64,000 nt of DNA from Scenedesmus sp. PABB004 (Eukaryota), in NCBI GenBank assembly GCA_014905635.1, contig JABVCE010000024.1:248001-312000 (forward strand), read 5' to 3'. Below the pieces are notes generated by a model, which was not told the origin of the DNA, did not search any database, and was given only the letters and a program-made list of their open reading frames with translations. Each line of letters starts with the position of its first letter. Positions within the stretch are counted from its first letter, which is position 1. Made by a program: the position numbers and the translations under genes. Of this stretch, positions 25,109 to 35,645 are shown in pieces.

Positions 25109-26691
25109 AGCGGCAACAAGCTCGAGGCGCCCGGCGCCGCGGTCGCGGAGTGGCTGCTGCAGGTGCGCCCTCGCGCGCGCGCGCGCGCGCACGCGTGCTC
25201 GCGCCGCCCGTCGGCGCCTCAGCGAACGACTCGCAGCTGACCGCGCCCCGCGCTCGCGCCCGGCCGCAGGACAAGATGGCGGCGCTGCTGTCGCCGTTTG
25301 CGCGCGGCGCGCACCGCAGCAGCGGCGGCGGCGCGCTGAGCGTCGCCGCGACCGGCGCCGACCTCGCGGCCGAGGCGGCGCTCGAGCGGCGCTGCCGCGA
25401 GGCGTTTGGGGCGTGAAGACGTTTGAGGCCACGCACAACCTCAGCGTGCAGGCGATGGGGCTGTCCTACACTGCCGCGCGCGCGGGGCTGGTCGCCGCAC
25501 TGCTCAACGCCGGCGTGGCGCTCGGGCTGGGCGCCGAGTCGGCGCACGACGCAGCGCTGCTCATGGACCGGGCGATGAGCGCGCGGCACAAGGTGGGCCC
25601 AGTGCGGCGCGTCCGGGCGCGCGCGCGCCGCGTGTCATGGGCGCCCGGCGGGCTGCGCCGGCTGCGTTGGCCGCCCCGTGCTCGGCTGACGCGCGCGCCG
25701 CCCGCCGCCGCCGCCGCCCGCCCCGCCAGGTGGACGGCGACGCCTTCACCTGCCTCGCCGCGGCCTGCCTGCACCTCACGCTCGGGGCCGCGGCGGCGCA
25801 GGCTGACGGCGCGCCGCCGCCGCCGGGCCTGCCCGCGATCTGCGCCGCGCTCGGCTGCAGCAGCGCCGACGAGGCGGAGGCCGCGGCGGGCGCCGTGTCG
25901 CGCCTGCTCGAGGACGACACCAGCAGCATCAGCGTGCGTTGCCGGCCGGCGCGCGCCGCCCCGCCGCACACGCGCCCGCCCGCCCACAGTCGCACCCGCC
26001 CGCCCGCCCTGTCCCCGCAGGCACTGCGCTGCCTGCGGCTGTACCTCGAGCGCCTCGGCCACGCCTTTGCGCCCGGGGCGCCGCCGCCGCCGGCCGCGGC
26101 GACGCGCTCGAGCTCGCGGCGCGCGCGGCGGTGGACCCCGAGTTCCTGAACTACCGCCCCACCGTCACCGCGGCGGCGGTGCTCTACTGCGAGCGCCTCG
26201 CCAAGGGCCAGCTCCCGTTCTGGCCGAGCAGCCTCAGCAGCCTCACGGGCTATTCAAACGCGCGCACGCCGGAGCTGGCCGCGGCGATCAACGGCGCGTT
26301 GCGCCTGTGCAAGCAGCTCGCGGCCGCGCGGCGCGCGGGCGGCGGCGCCGGCGCGCCCGCGCCGGCGGAGGCGGCCGGGGCGGAGGCGGCCGCGGCGGAC
26401 GCGGCGGACGCGGCGGACGCGGCGGACGCGGCGGACGCGGCGGACGCGGCGGCCGAGGCGCCGGGGGCGGCAGGCGCAGAGGCGCCGGACGCTGACGCAG
26501 CGGGGGCGCCTGTGGCGCCGGCGGCGGCGCCGGCGGCCGCCGCGGAGCCCGCGGCGGCCGAGGCGGCGCCGGCGGGCGCCGCGGACGCGGAGGTGGCCGT
26601 GGCAGACGGCGAGGAGGAGGCGCTGGCAGAGAAGCTGGCGGCCGCCGGCCTCGCGGACGGCGCCGCGGCGGCGCCCGCGCCGGCGCAGTAG
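21819..26691 (+). CDS. PPR - SMR-like - cyclin-like domain protein (chlorophyte PPR-cyclin type); two apparent single-base frame breaks
   Basis: Tandem PPR motifs (DVFTYTAMVS, PNVVTFNTLID, PVTRTYNTLMIAC, PNTTTYNALISA, RSVITYSALISAC, PNVITYNSLITAC, PDVVTYTALVSA). SMR-like segment VELGLQGVSPGVA..LHCWL..VLLSMGRS..SPF. Cyclin-box-like segments RAGLVAALL..AHDAALLMDRAM..LAAACLHL and FLNYRPTVTAAAVLY. Confidence 0.85.
25031..25108 (+). repeat. (GGC)26 coding trinucleotide repeat (poly-Gly)
   Basis: Perfect GGC run inside an exon of the PPR gene. Confidence 0.9.
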
Positions 26692-27062
26692 TAGAGGTGC
26701 GCACCTCACTCGTTCTTTGCGCGCGTGTCGGGCGGGCGGCGGCGGCCGTCGCCAGCGCGGCCGCGTCCTTGCCAAGCAAGGCGGGTAGGCGGGCTTGGGG
26801 CGCAAACGCACGACTTGCTTTGCATTTTCACCGGCGGGCTGGGCAGGGGCTTCCAACGAGCGAGCTAGGCGCAGCATTGCAGCCCGCCCTGCGCGGCGCG
26901 GCTGTCGGGTGTGCCAACCAGGCCACCAGCACCAGAAAAAATCACGCTCGCCGGGGGGCTGCGCGCGCTGCTGCTCGCGTGGCCGCGGGCAGCGGCGGCG
27001 TCCGCCGGCGCCGCGCTGGAGCGCGGGCGCGTGGCTGCCGGCCCAGCTGCGCCCCAGGACGC

Positions 27063-27132
27063 GCCGGAGCGGCTGGTGCCGGAGCGGCTGGTGCCGGAGC
27101 GGCTGGTGCCGGAGCGGCTGTTGCCGGAGCGG
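27063..27132. repeat. 15-bp tandem repeat (gccggagcggctggt), about 4.5 copies
   Basis: Directly visible between the convergent PPR-cyclin and PAC2 genes. Confidence 0.9.
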
Positions 27133-28313
27133 CCGCGACGGCGCTGGCGTGGCGGTCGGCCTGGGGTTGGGCGGCAGGGCACGCCGGCGCCGCGACGGAA
27201 GCTGACTCTTCGGGGCGGTCAGCGTCATCAACTCAATGAACTCCCTCTGTGCGCCATGGGGCGACGGGGGCGGCTGGCGCGGCCTCGGTTGTCCGGGCGC
27301 GTGCGCTCGGCGGCGGCGTCGGCGGCTCTCGCTCTCCGGCGCCGCCGCCTGCCACGCCTGCTTTCTGGTGCCCTGCGCGCGCGCGCGCGCCGTCAACGCA
27401 TGACAGCTGGGCCGGGCGGCGCGGTGGGGGGCGAGCCGGGGTCGCTCGGCCCCGCGCCGCGCCGCCCGCCGAGTGAACGCCAACGTTGTGAGGCCTAGTC
27501 TGGCATAGCACGCAGAGAGGGTTGGGCGCCACCAGCAGCGCGTCTCCTCTCTTGGGCGAGACCCATCTCGCCCGGTCACGGGCCTGGCGGCGGCACGTCG
27601 TGCGCCGCCGCCTGTGTGCGGGTGCCCGTTGACGCGCGGGCACTGCAATGCTTTCTCCAGCAGCGCGCCCCGCCCTCGCGCGGAGGACACATGCTGAGTA
27701 TTACGGGCACGCGCACTCACAACAACAAGCAGTGCAGCGCCCGGGCCCAGCGCACTGCCTGAACCTGGACTTGGACCTGGAGCGCCCTGCATAACCATCC
27801 CCTGGCGCTGCACCGTATGCACGCTCAAGAGACAGAGACAAACCCTGACCCCGCACTAAGTGCACGTGTGGAACGCATGTGGCTGTGGCACAACGGCGCC
27901 ACGTGCAGCCCCACCGCACCCGGCCGGACCAGCCGCAACGCACGCACGCGTGCGGCCGCCAGCGCGGGGCGCGCTCCTGGGGGCCCCGAGTTGCTGGGCG
28001 TGGCTGGGTGGGGGGGGGGGGGAGGGGGTTGCTGGTAGTGGCGCGATCGCGAGTTGGTGTCGTTGCTGTGGCTGACGGCCGCGCAATCGTTGCCAGCGTG
28101 CCTGCCTGCTGACGTCCAGCGCCAGCGGCGGCACACCCTGCTATGGCAGCGGCCCAGCGAGCAGCCGCTCGCTGGGCGCCCGGCCTTTTGCTTCTCCCTG
28201 CCTGATTTTGCGTCACTGCTGGCTGCGGGCGTCGCCGCCCTCGGCTGATCGGTGATCGGTCGTCGTCGGCCGGACGCGCGCGCGGCAAACGCGTTGCCGC
28301 CCCCGTCCCCCTC

Positions 28314-29551
28314 TCAGAACAACGAGCGATCAAAGCTGCGCCCGTAGAGACCCGCCCACGAGCACGGCACGCGCAGCTGCTGCTGACCCTCGCCGCCGGA
28401 GGCCGGCAGGCTGCCCGCGCCGCGCAGCGCGCCCAGCGCCGCGGCCGCGAGCGCCAGGGCGTCCGCGACGTTGTCGCCCTCCGCCGCAAACGTGGCCAGC
28501 AGCGTCGCGGCCAGCCCCACGCCCGCGAGCGCGTCGAGCTGCGGCCAGGGCGGCAGCAGGCCGTGCACCTCGCGCTCCGTCGCCTCGACGTCCGGCTCCA
28601 GCGCCAGCAGGCCCGCCGCTTGGCAGGCGGCGGCCAGCGGCGCGCCCGCGCCTCCTGCCGCCGTGCCGCCGCTGCTGCCGCTCGCGCCGCCTGCCGCTGC
28701 TGCTTCCGCTGCTGCTGCTGCCGCCGCTGCGCCGCCGGCGGCCGCGGGCGCCTGCTGCTGCTGCCCCCCGCCCCCGGCGGCCAGGAAGCGCAGCTGGCTG
28801 CCCTCGAGCTGCTGCTCCCGACGGTACTGCGCATCGAGGCCACAGAGCAGCACCACGTGCGCCAGCCCCGCGCGCTGCGCCCAGCCCGCCAGGTCGGCCG
28901 CCAGCGCCGCCTGGCGGCCGGGGATGGCGGGCGCGCGCTGCTGCAGCAGGAACAGCCGGCTGCCTGCGCGCGGCGGGGCGGGCGCGGGCGCAGGCGCGTG
29001 GGCGGCGCGCGCCGCCGCGCAGCGCGCTGGCGCAGCGTGCTGGCCCGGCGGCGCGCGGCGCGGCGGCGGCGCGCTGCAGCGCGCACCCGGTACTGAGTAA
29101 AGCTCCAGCGCCGTCGCGAGCAGGCCGGGCGGGTCGGGCGTGAACGCGTTGTTCCCGACGACGGCGAGGACGTTGGCGTCGTCCAACCGCGCCACGCGCG
29201 CCGCGCCGAGGCTGGCGATCAGCGCGTCGAGGGCGAGCTCGCCGATGTTGGCAAACGCGACCGCGGGCTGCGCCGGCCGGGCGGCGCGCGCGCGCGAGCA
29301 GCGGCGGCGGCGGCCAGGGATGAGCAGAGGCGGCGGCGGGGCGCGCGGGCGCGGGCGCGGCCGCCAGCGCTGCAGCAGCGCCGCCGCCGCTAACGCTAAC
29401 GCGGTGCGCGGCGCGCCGCATGCGCATGGCGCCGGCAGGCGCCGGGCGGCGCTGCTGCTGCGCCGCCGCCGCTTCGCCGCCGCCGCACCGCTAGCAGCAC
29501 GCCGCCGGCGAGGTCGGGCGGCGCGCCGGCGTCGTCGGGGACGAGCTCCAT
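28314..29551 (-). CDS. PSMG2: Proteasome assembly chaperone 2 (PAC2/PSMG2 family); 3 exons
   Basis: MELVP..GGVLLA|PAVAFANIGELALDALI, LAVVGNNAF, LATALELY, LFLLQQRAPAIPG, VVLLCGLDA, FAAEGDNVADA and VPCSWAGLYG match the PAC2 pattern. Confidence 0.88.
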
Positions 29552-29925
29552 GAAGGATCGCGTGCGCCGCGGTGCGGCGGCGGCGACGCGGCGGCTCGCG
29601 TGCGCTGCTCTGCCGTGTGGCCGGCGTGGACGGCGGGCGCTGCTGCGATCGGGATGGTGATACACAGTGGGGTCCGCGCGTTCTTGATGAACACAACTGC
29701 GGCGGCTGCGGCGTGAACCGCCGCCGGTTTGAATCGCTCGCCCGCTGCTGCCAACACCGTCGCCCGCCTGGGCGCCCGCGCTCCGGCTCCCCCATCGCCA
29801 CCGCACTTCGCCACGTTCCCACCCGCGCCAGCCTCGCCGGGCCTCTCAGCACTCGAACAGCTCCCCGCCCGGCACTCGCGGGCCCCCCGGCGCGCCCCGC
29901 GCGGGACCCCGCCGACCGCGCGATC

Positions 29926-31369
29926 ATGGCAGCCGCGCTCACGCCGCGCGTGCTGGAGGCGGCCAAGGAGGGCGGCTGCGAGCCCGCGACGCTGCGGGTG
30001 CGCCGGCGCCGCCGGCGGGCGCCCACTGCAGTCTGGCCGCCCCGCCAGCCGCGGCAGGCAGGCCACACACACGCCGTCGGAGCCGCGGCCCGGGCGGCCG
30101 GCGCTGGCGCCGCGCCGCGACGGTGCGCGTTTGAAACGGCGCGCGGCCGGCGTCCGGCCGCAGGTGCGCTCCATCTCCAAGCTCCCCAACGGCAAGGCCT
30201 ACGCCTGCGTCGTCACCGACGGCGTGACCAACATGAAGGGCCGCATCGTGTCGGCGGTGCGCCGCGGCTGCTGCCGCTGCTGGCCTCGCCCCGCTCGCGC
30301 GCACCGCCGCCCGCCACGCCGCCTCGCACGACGCTCGCGATGTCTCTGCCGCCGCCGCCGCCGCCGCCGCGCGCGCCGCGCAGGCCAACCGCGCGCTCGC
30401 GGAGGGGTCGCTCGCGCTGTGCGACGGCGACGTCGTGCGCACCGACAACTACTCCTGCTCCAGCATCAACGACGAGCACCTGCTCATGATCTCAGGACTG
30501 TCCGTCATCGCCAGCAGCGGCGGCGGCGGCGGTGCGCTTCGCGCGCGCGACAGCGAGCAGCGAGCAGCTGCCGCGGCTGAGGGCGGCCGCCGGCGCGGCA
30601 CGGCGCGCAGCCGCCGCCGCGCGACCGGGTCCCGCGCCGCGACCGCCCCCCGCGACCGCCCGCCGCGCGCAGGCGCCGACGCGGACACCAAGCCCGACCA
30701 GCTGCCCAGCACGCCGCTGCACGTGCGCCGCCCCGGCCGCGCGCGGCGCCGCGCTGCGTCTGCGCCGCCGCCGCCGCCAACGCCCCGCCCTGCCCGCCCG
30801 CAGGCTGGCGCGGCGGTCAAGGCGGAGCCCGGCGGCGACGCGACGCCCGCGGCCAAGCGCCCCGCGCTCACGCCGGGGCCCACGCCCAGCCCGTCCGAGG
30901 AGTGAGCCCCGCGCCGCGCAGCTGCGCGCCCGCGCCGCGCGCAGCGCGCTCGCCGCCCGGCCGCCAGCCGAGCCCGCCGCGCGCGCGCGCGCCCGCCCGC
31001 CGCCGCGCCCGTGCGCTCCCACCCAGGGTGAAGGGCACGCCGGCCTTCACGCCCGCCGCGGGCGGCCGCGTGGGCAGCGGCCCGCTGCCGACGCCGCCGA
31101 GCTTCACGCCCGCGGCCAGCCGCCTCGGCGGCGCCGGCGGCGCTGCCACGCCCGGCGGCGGCGCGCCGGCCGGCTCGCCGCTGCCGGTCGTGGCCAGCAA
31201 GGCAGGCGTGCAGCCCATCGCGGCGCTGAACCCCTATGACACCCAGGTGGGCGCCGCCGCCAGGGGGGCCGGCGCGGGACGCTGGCAGACCGCGGCGGCG
31301 CCGCCGCCCTCCCGCTCTCCCCTCGCGGCCGCGCTGCTGCCTGGTGTCACACACACACACAAACACACA

Positions 31370-31450
<81 letters not shown>

Positions 31451-31674
31451 GCACGCACGCACACACGCACGCACGCACACACACACGCACACGCAGTGGT
31501 GCATCAAGGCCGTCGTCGTGCGCAAGGCGCCGCCGCGGTCCTTTGCCGGCCGCGGCGGGGCGCCGAACAAGGTGTTCAACGTGGAGCTCGCCGACGCGCA
31601 GGTGTGTGGGCGTGGGGTCCCTCTCCGCCCGCCTCTCCCTCTCCCTTTCTCCCTCGCTCGCTCGCTCGCTCTCT

Positions 31675-31740
<66 letters not shown>

Positions 31741-34700
31741 GCGGGCCCCTCGCCCTCCTCCCTCACGACGCAGGGCGGGCAGGTACAGGCCACGTTCTGG
31801 CGCGAGGCGGCCGACAGGTACCTCGACGTGCTGCAGGAGGGCAAGGTGCGCCGCCGCGCCGCCGCGGAGGCGGCCCGGCGGCCGCGCGAGCCCCGCCCGC
31901 CAAGCAAAGCACACGCACGCCTCTCCCGCACACGCGCGCGCCTGCACGCGTGACCAGCCCGCGCCCTCAACCCTAAACCCTAAACCCTGAACCCTAAACC
32001 GCAGACGTACTACTTCAGCAAGTTCACGGTCAAGCCCGCCAACAAGCAGTACGCGACGGTGAAGAACGACTACGAGATCCACCTCGACGCCCGCACCGAG
32101 ATCACAGAGGCGGCCGACCAGGGCGGCATCATGTGAGCGCTCGGGGGGGGGGGGGGGGGGGCAGGCGGGCGGCGGCAGCGCGGGGCGGGGGTCGGGCGCG
32201 GCGCGGGGGCGTGCTGCGCGCGCCGCCGGCGCGCGCCCGCACGGGTGTGGTTCTGAGCCCCGGCGGGCCGCTGCACGACGCGCAGCGTGTCGCACGTGCT
32301 CGACCTCGTGCCGATCGACAAGCTGCCGCGCCACGTCGGCCGCAAGGCGCGGCGCCGCCGCGCACCGCGCGCCGCCGCCGCGCCCCGCACGCCGCGCGGC
32401 GCCGCCGGCGGCCTCGCCGTGACGCCAGCCCCCGCTCTGCGAGCCACCCGAGCAGGCGACCGTGGACGTGCTGGGCGTCGTGACGGCGTGCGGGGCGCTG
32501 GGAACGATCAAGCGCAAGGCCGACGCGACCGAGGTGCCGCGCCGCGACGTGACGCTCGCCGACGCGACGTGAGCGGCCGCTGCTGCCGGGGGCCGGCGCT
32601 GCCACGGGGCCGGCGCTGCCGCGGGATGTGCTGCTGCCGCGGGATGTGCTGCTGCTGCGGGATGTGCCGCTGCCGCGGGGCGCCGCCGCGGGGTGCCGAC
32701 GCGCTCGCCCGCGCCTGTGCCCGCCGCGGGCGCCGCGCCGCTCAGCGCGCGCAGCGTGGTGCTGACGCTGTGGGCCGACAACGCGACGCGCGCCGAGCTC
32801 GACGGCTGCGAGGGCTCCCTGATGCAGGCGCGCCGCGCAGCGGCGGCGGGCGGGCGCGCTCGACGCGCCGCAGCGCCGCGCGGCGGCGCGCCGACGCACG
32901 CCGACGCCCCGCCGCCGCGCCGCCGCCCCGCCGCAGGTGACCTGCGTGCGCGTGGGCGACTACAACGGCTGCTCCATCAGCGCGGTCACGCGCAGCGAGG
33001 TGCGCCGCCGCCGCGCACGCCGCGCCCCGCGCCGCGCCCCGCTCCGCGCCGCGGCCGGGCGCTCGCCCGCTCGCCCGCTCACCCGCCGCGGCGCGGCGCC
33101 TCTTGCCGCCCTCGTCAGGTGACCATCAACCCCACGAGCCCCGAGGCCGAGGCGCTGCGCGCGTGGTGGGACACCGAGGGCCGCGGCGCGGCAATCACAC
33201 CCATCGGCCAGGCCGGCGCCGCGGGCGGCGGCGCGGGCGGGCGCGGCAGCCGGCTGCAGTTCCTGGACGACGTGGCGGTGCGTGGGGGCCCGCCGCGCCA
33301 CCGCAGCGCTGCCGCGCCCGCCGCCGCCGCCCGCTGCGCGCGGGCCGCGCTTTCCGCTCGCCTCGTCACGCCTCCGCTCACGCCGCGCGCCGCCCCGCCC
33401 CGCGCGCCGCGCGGCGTCAGGCCGAGGAGGCGGCCATGCCGTCGCCGGACGCCAAGCCGACCTACCACGACGTGATCGCCACGGTGCTGCAGGTGCGCGC
33501 GCCGGCGCTGCTGCGGCCCGCGCCCAGCACGCACGCGCCGCGCCCGCCAACGCCCACCACCAACGCCCACCACCACCAACGCCCACCACCACCAACGCCC
33601 ACCACCAACGCCCACCTGCGCACGCCGCGCCCACCACCAACGCGCACCACCTCCGCCCACCTGCGCACGCCGCGCCCACCACCAACGCCCACCACCAACG
33701 CTCACCACCGACGCCCACCAAACCCCACCACCAACGCCAACGCAGGTGCGTGACGACACGACGATGTACTACCTGGCAAACCCGGAGAACAACAAGAAAG
33801 TGGTGAGCTGATTTGATGTGGCACGCGTTTGCAAGCAGGGCGTGAAACAGAGCGTGAAGCAGAGCGGGAAGCAGATTTGAGTTTGAAGCAGAGTGTGGAG
33901 CAGAGCGTGATGCAGCGCGCGAAGCAGCGTGTGAAGCAGAGCGTGACGAAGCTTGGGGGCGCCCGGCCCGCGCCCGCGCCGCCCGCAGGAGCCGCGCGAC
34001 GGCCGCTACTGGTGCGAGGGCGACGCGCGCTACGTCGACGCGGCGCAGCACAGGTGCGCGCGCGGCCGCGCGGCGCCCCGCCGCGGCCCCGCTGCCGCCG
34101 CCGCGCCGCGCCGCAAGCGCCGCCGCGCCCACCGGCGCGCCGCGCCCGCCGCACCCGCCGACGCGTGCTGCCTGCCGCCGCGGCCGCGGCCGCCCAGGTA
34201 CGTGCTGCAGGCCAAGGTCGCCGACGCGACGCGGGAGATGTATGTGAGCATGTTCAACGACCAGGTGACGCCCCCTGAATTGAACTGAACGGCTGGGCTG
34301 CGTTTGAAACGCTGCTGCATTTTTTGTTGTTTTGAGGCGCGCGAGTCAAACGTAGCCTCGCGCGCTCGGCGGCGGCTGGGCGCTGCGTGGGCTGACGCGC
34401 CCCGCCGCCCGCCCGCAGGGCGCGGCGCTGCTGGGGTGCAGCGCGGACGAGCTCGCGGCGAAGCAGGCCGGCGACGAGGCGGGGTTCAAGCGGGCGGTCG
34501 GCGGCGCCAAGTGGAGCGAGTGGGCGATGACGCTGACGGCGCGCGCGCGCGAGTACAACGGAGAGCGCCGCATGCGCTACACCGTCACGCGGGTGCGCTG
34601 TCGGGGGAGGAGGAGGAAGGGGGGGGGGGGCTGCCGTGGCGCGGGCGGGGCTGCCGCGGGGCTGCTGGCTGTGCGCGCTGCGCGCCGCGCCGCGCCGTGC

Positions 34701-34810
34701 GACGACGCGACGCCGCGCCGCCGCCGCCGCCGCCGCAGATGGCGCCCGTCGACTACGCGGCGGAGGGGCACCGCCTGCTGGCGCTCATCCAGGCGCGCGG
34801 CGGCGCCTGA
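29926..34810 (+). CDS. RPA1: Replication protein A 70-kDa subunit; multi-exon
   Basis: Motifs VQPIAALNPYDTQ|WCIKAVVVRK, VFNVELADAQ|GGQVQATFW, YYFSKFTVKPANKQY..NDYEIHLD, VDVLGVV, RRDVTLAD, VVLTLWAD, RVGDYNGCSIS, INPTSPEAEALRAWW, YVLQAKVADAT, MFNDQGAALLG and EYNGERRMRY. Confidence 0.95.
31347..31493. repeat. (CA)n microsatellite, intronic
   Basis: Long CA/CG run ending at the acceptor of an RPA1 exon. Confidence 0.95.
31665..31737. repeat. (CT)n microsatellite, intronic
   Basis: Direct reading. Confidence 0.95.
31963..32000. repeat. Intronic telomere-like (CCCTAAA)n array, about 5 units
   Basis: gccctcaaccctaaaccctaaaccctgaaccctaaacc sits immediately before the acceptor at about 32004. Confidence 0.85.
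33541..33742. repeat. Degenerate (ccaccaccaacgc) minisatellite, intronic
   Basis: Repeated ccaccaacgcccacca units and two copies of cacctgcgcacgccgcgcccaccaccaacg. Confidence 0.8.
33835..33950. repeat. Degenerate 12-bp repeat (gcagagcgtgaa), intronic
   Basis: About 8 imperfect copies in an RPA1 intron. Confidence 0.7.
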
Positions 34811-35645
34811 GGCGCGGCGCGGCGCGTGAGGCGCGCGGCGGCGCCCGAGGCGCGCGGCGGGGTCGAGAGGCGGGCCGCGGGCCGGGACGGGTGCCGGGCG
34901 GACGGCGACGTTGGGGCGGGCGGGCGGGCGGGCGGTGCACGATGCCCGGTGACTCGGGCGGCGGCGTTGTGGGGGGGGGGGACGGGCAGGCGGGCGTCCG
35001 GACGCGGCGCAGTGGGCGCGGCGGCGCGGCGTCACGCCGCCGCGTAACACACGGGCCAGCAATCGTCCGGCGCGCCAGCAATCGCGCGAGCGCAGCATTC
35101 CCGTTCACCCTCGACCGCGCTGCGGGCCGCGACGGACCACTCACTCGGCCAGCTTTGCCACCTGCTGTCGACTGCTCCCCGCTCAACCGGGGCGTCGGCG
35201 TCGGACGCGCGTGCTTGGGATCGAGCGCCCATTTTGACGTGAGCGTCGAGTGCGGCGTCGCGGGGCGGCTGGCGCCGCGGGGCGCTCAGGAGCGCCGCGC
35301 ATGCTCGCGGAGCTCGCCGCGCTCCTCTCGGCGCGGCACGGCCCCGGCGGCGCCCGCGCCGGCAGGCGATCGCTCCCAGGCCCGGACGCGCGCCCTGGAG
35401 CGCGTGTCGTGGCTGTGCCCAGCCCGCCAGCGCGCCAGGCGGAGCCAGGAGCAGCGCGTGGCCCAGCCCTCCCAGGGCGCGCCCGCCGGCGCTGGCGCTG
35501 CCCGGAGCTGGCCGCCCCGGCCGCAGCTGTCGCCTGGTGCACTGGCGGGCCAGCGGCGGAGCTCTCACCCGCGCGCCGCTGCTGCCCGCTGCCGCCGCCG
35601 CAGTGACGCCGCAGAGCCCACGCGCACTGCGGCACGGCCTTGGCC

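Noticed and set aside
26911..27498. ORF with LVPER repeats
   Set aside because: It arises from a 15-bp tandem repeat in a probable 3' UTR or intergenic region, has a non-ATG start and shows no domain.
31234..31990. His-Thr, Val-Cys, Leu-Ser and Arg-Glu repeat ORFs (also at 55051-57517)
   Set aside because: They are translations of intronic dinucleotide microsatellites.
31963..32000. Telomere repeats as a chromosome end or misjoin
   Set aside because: The arrays are short and degenerate, lie inside introns, and have continuous coding sequence on both sides.
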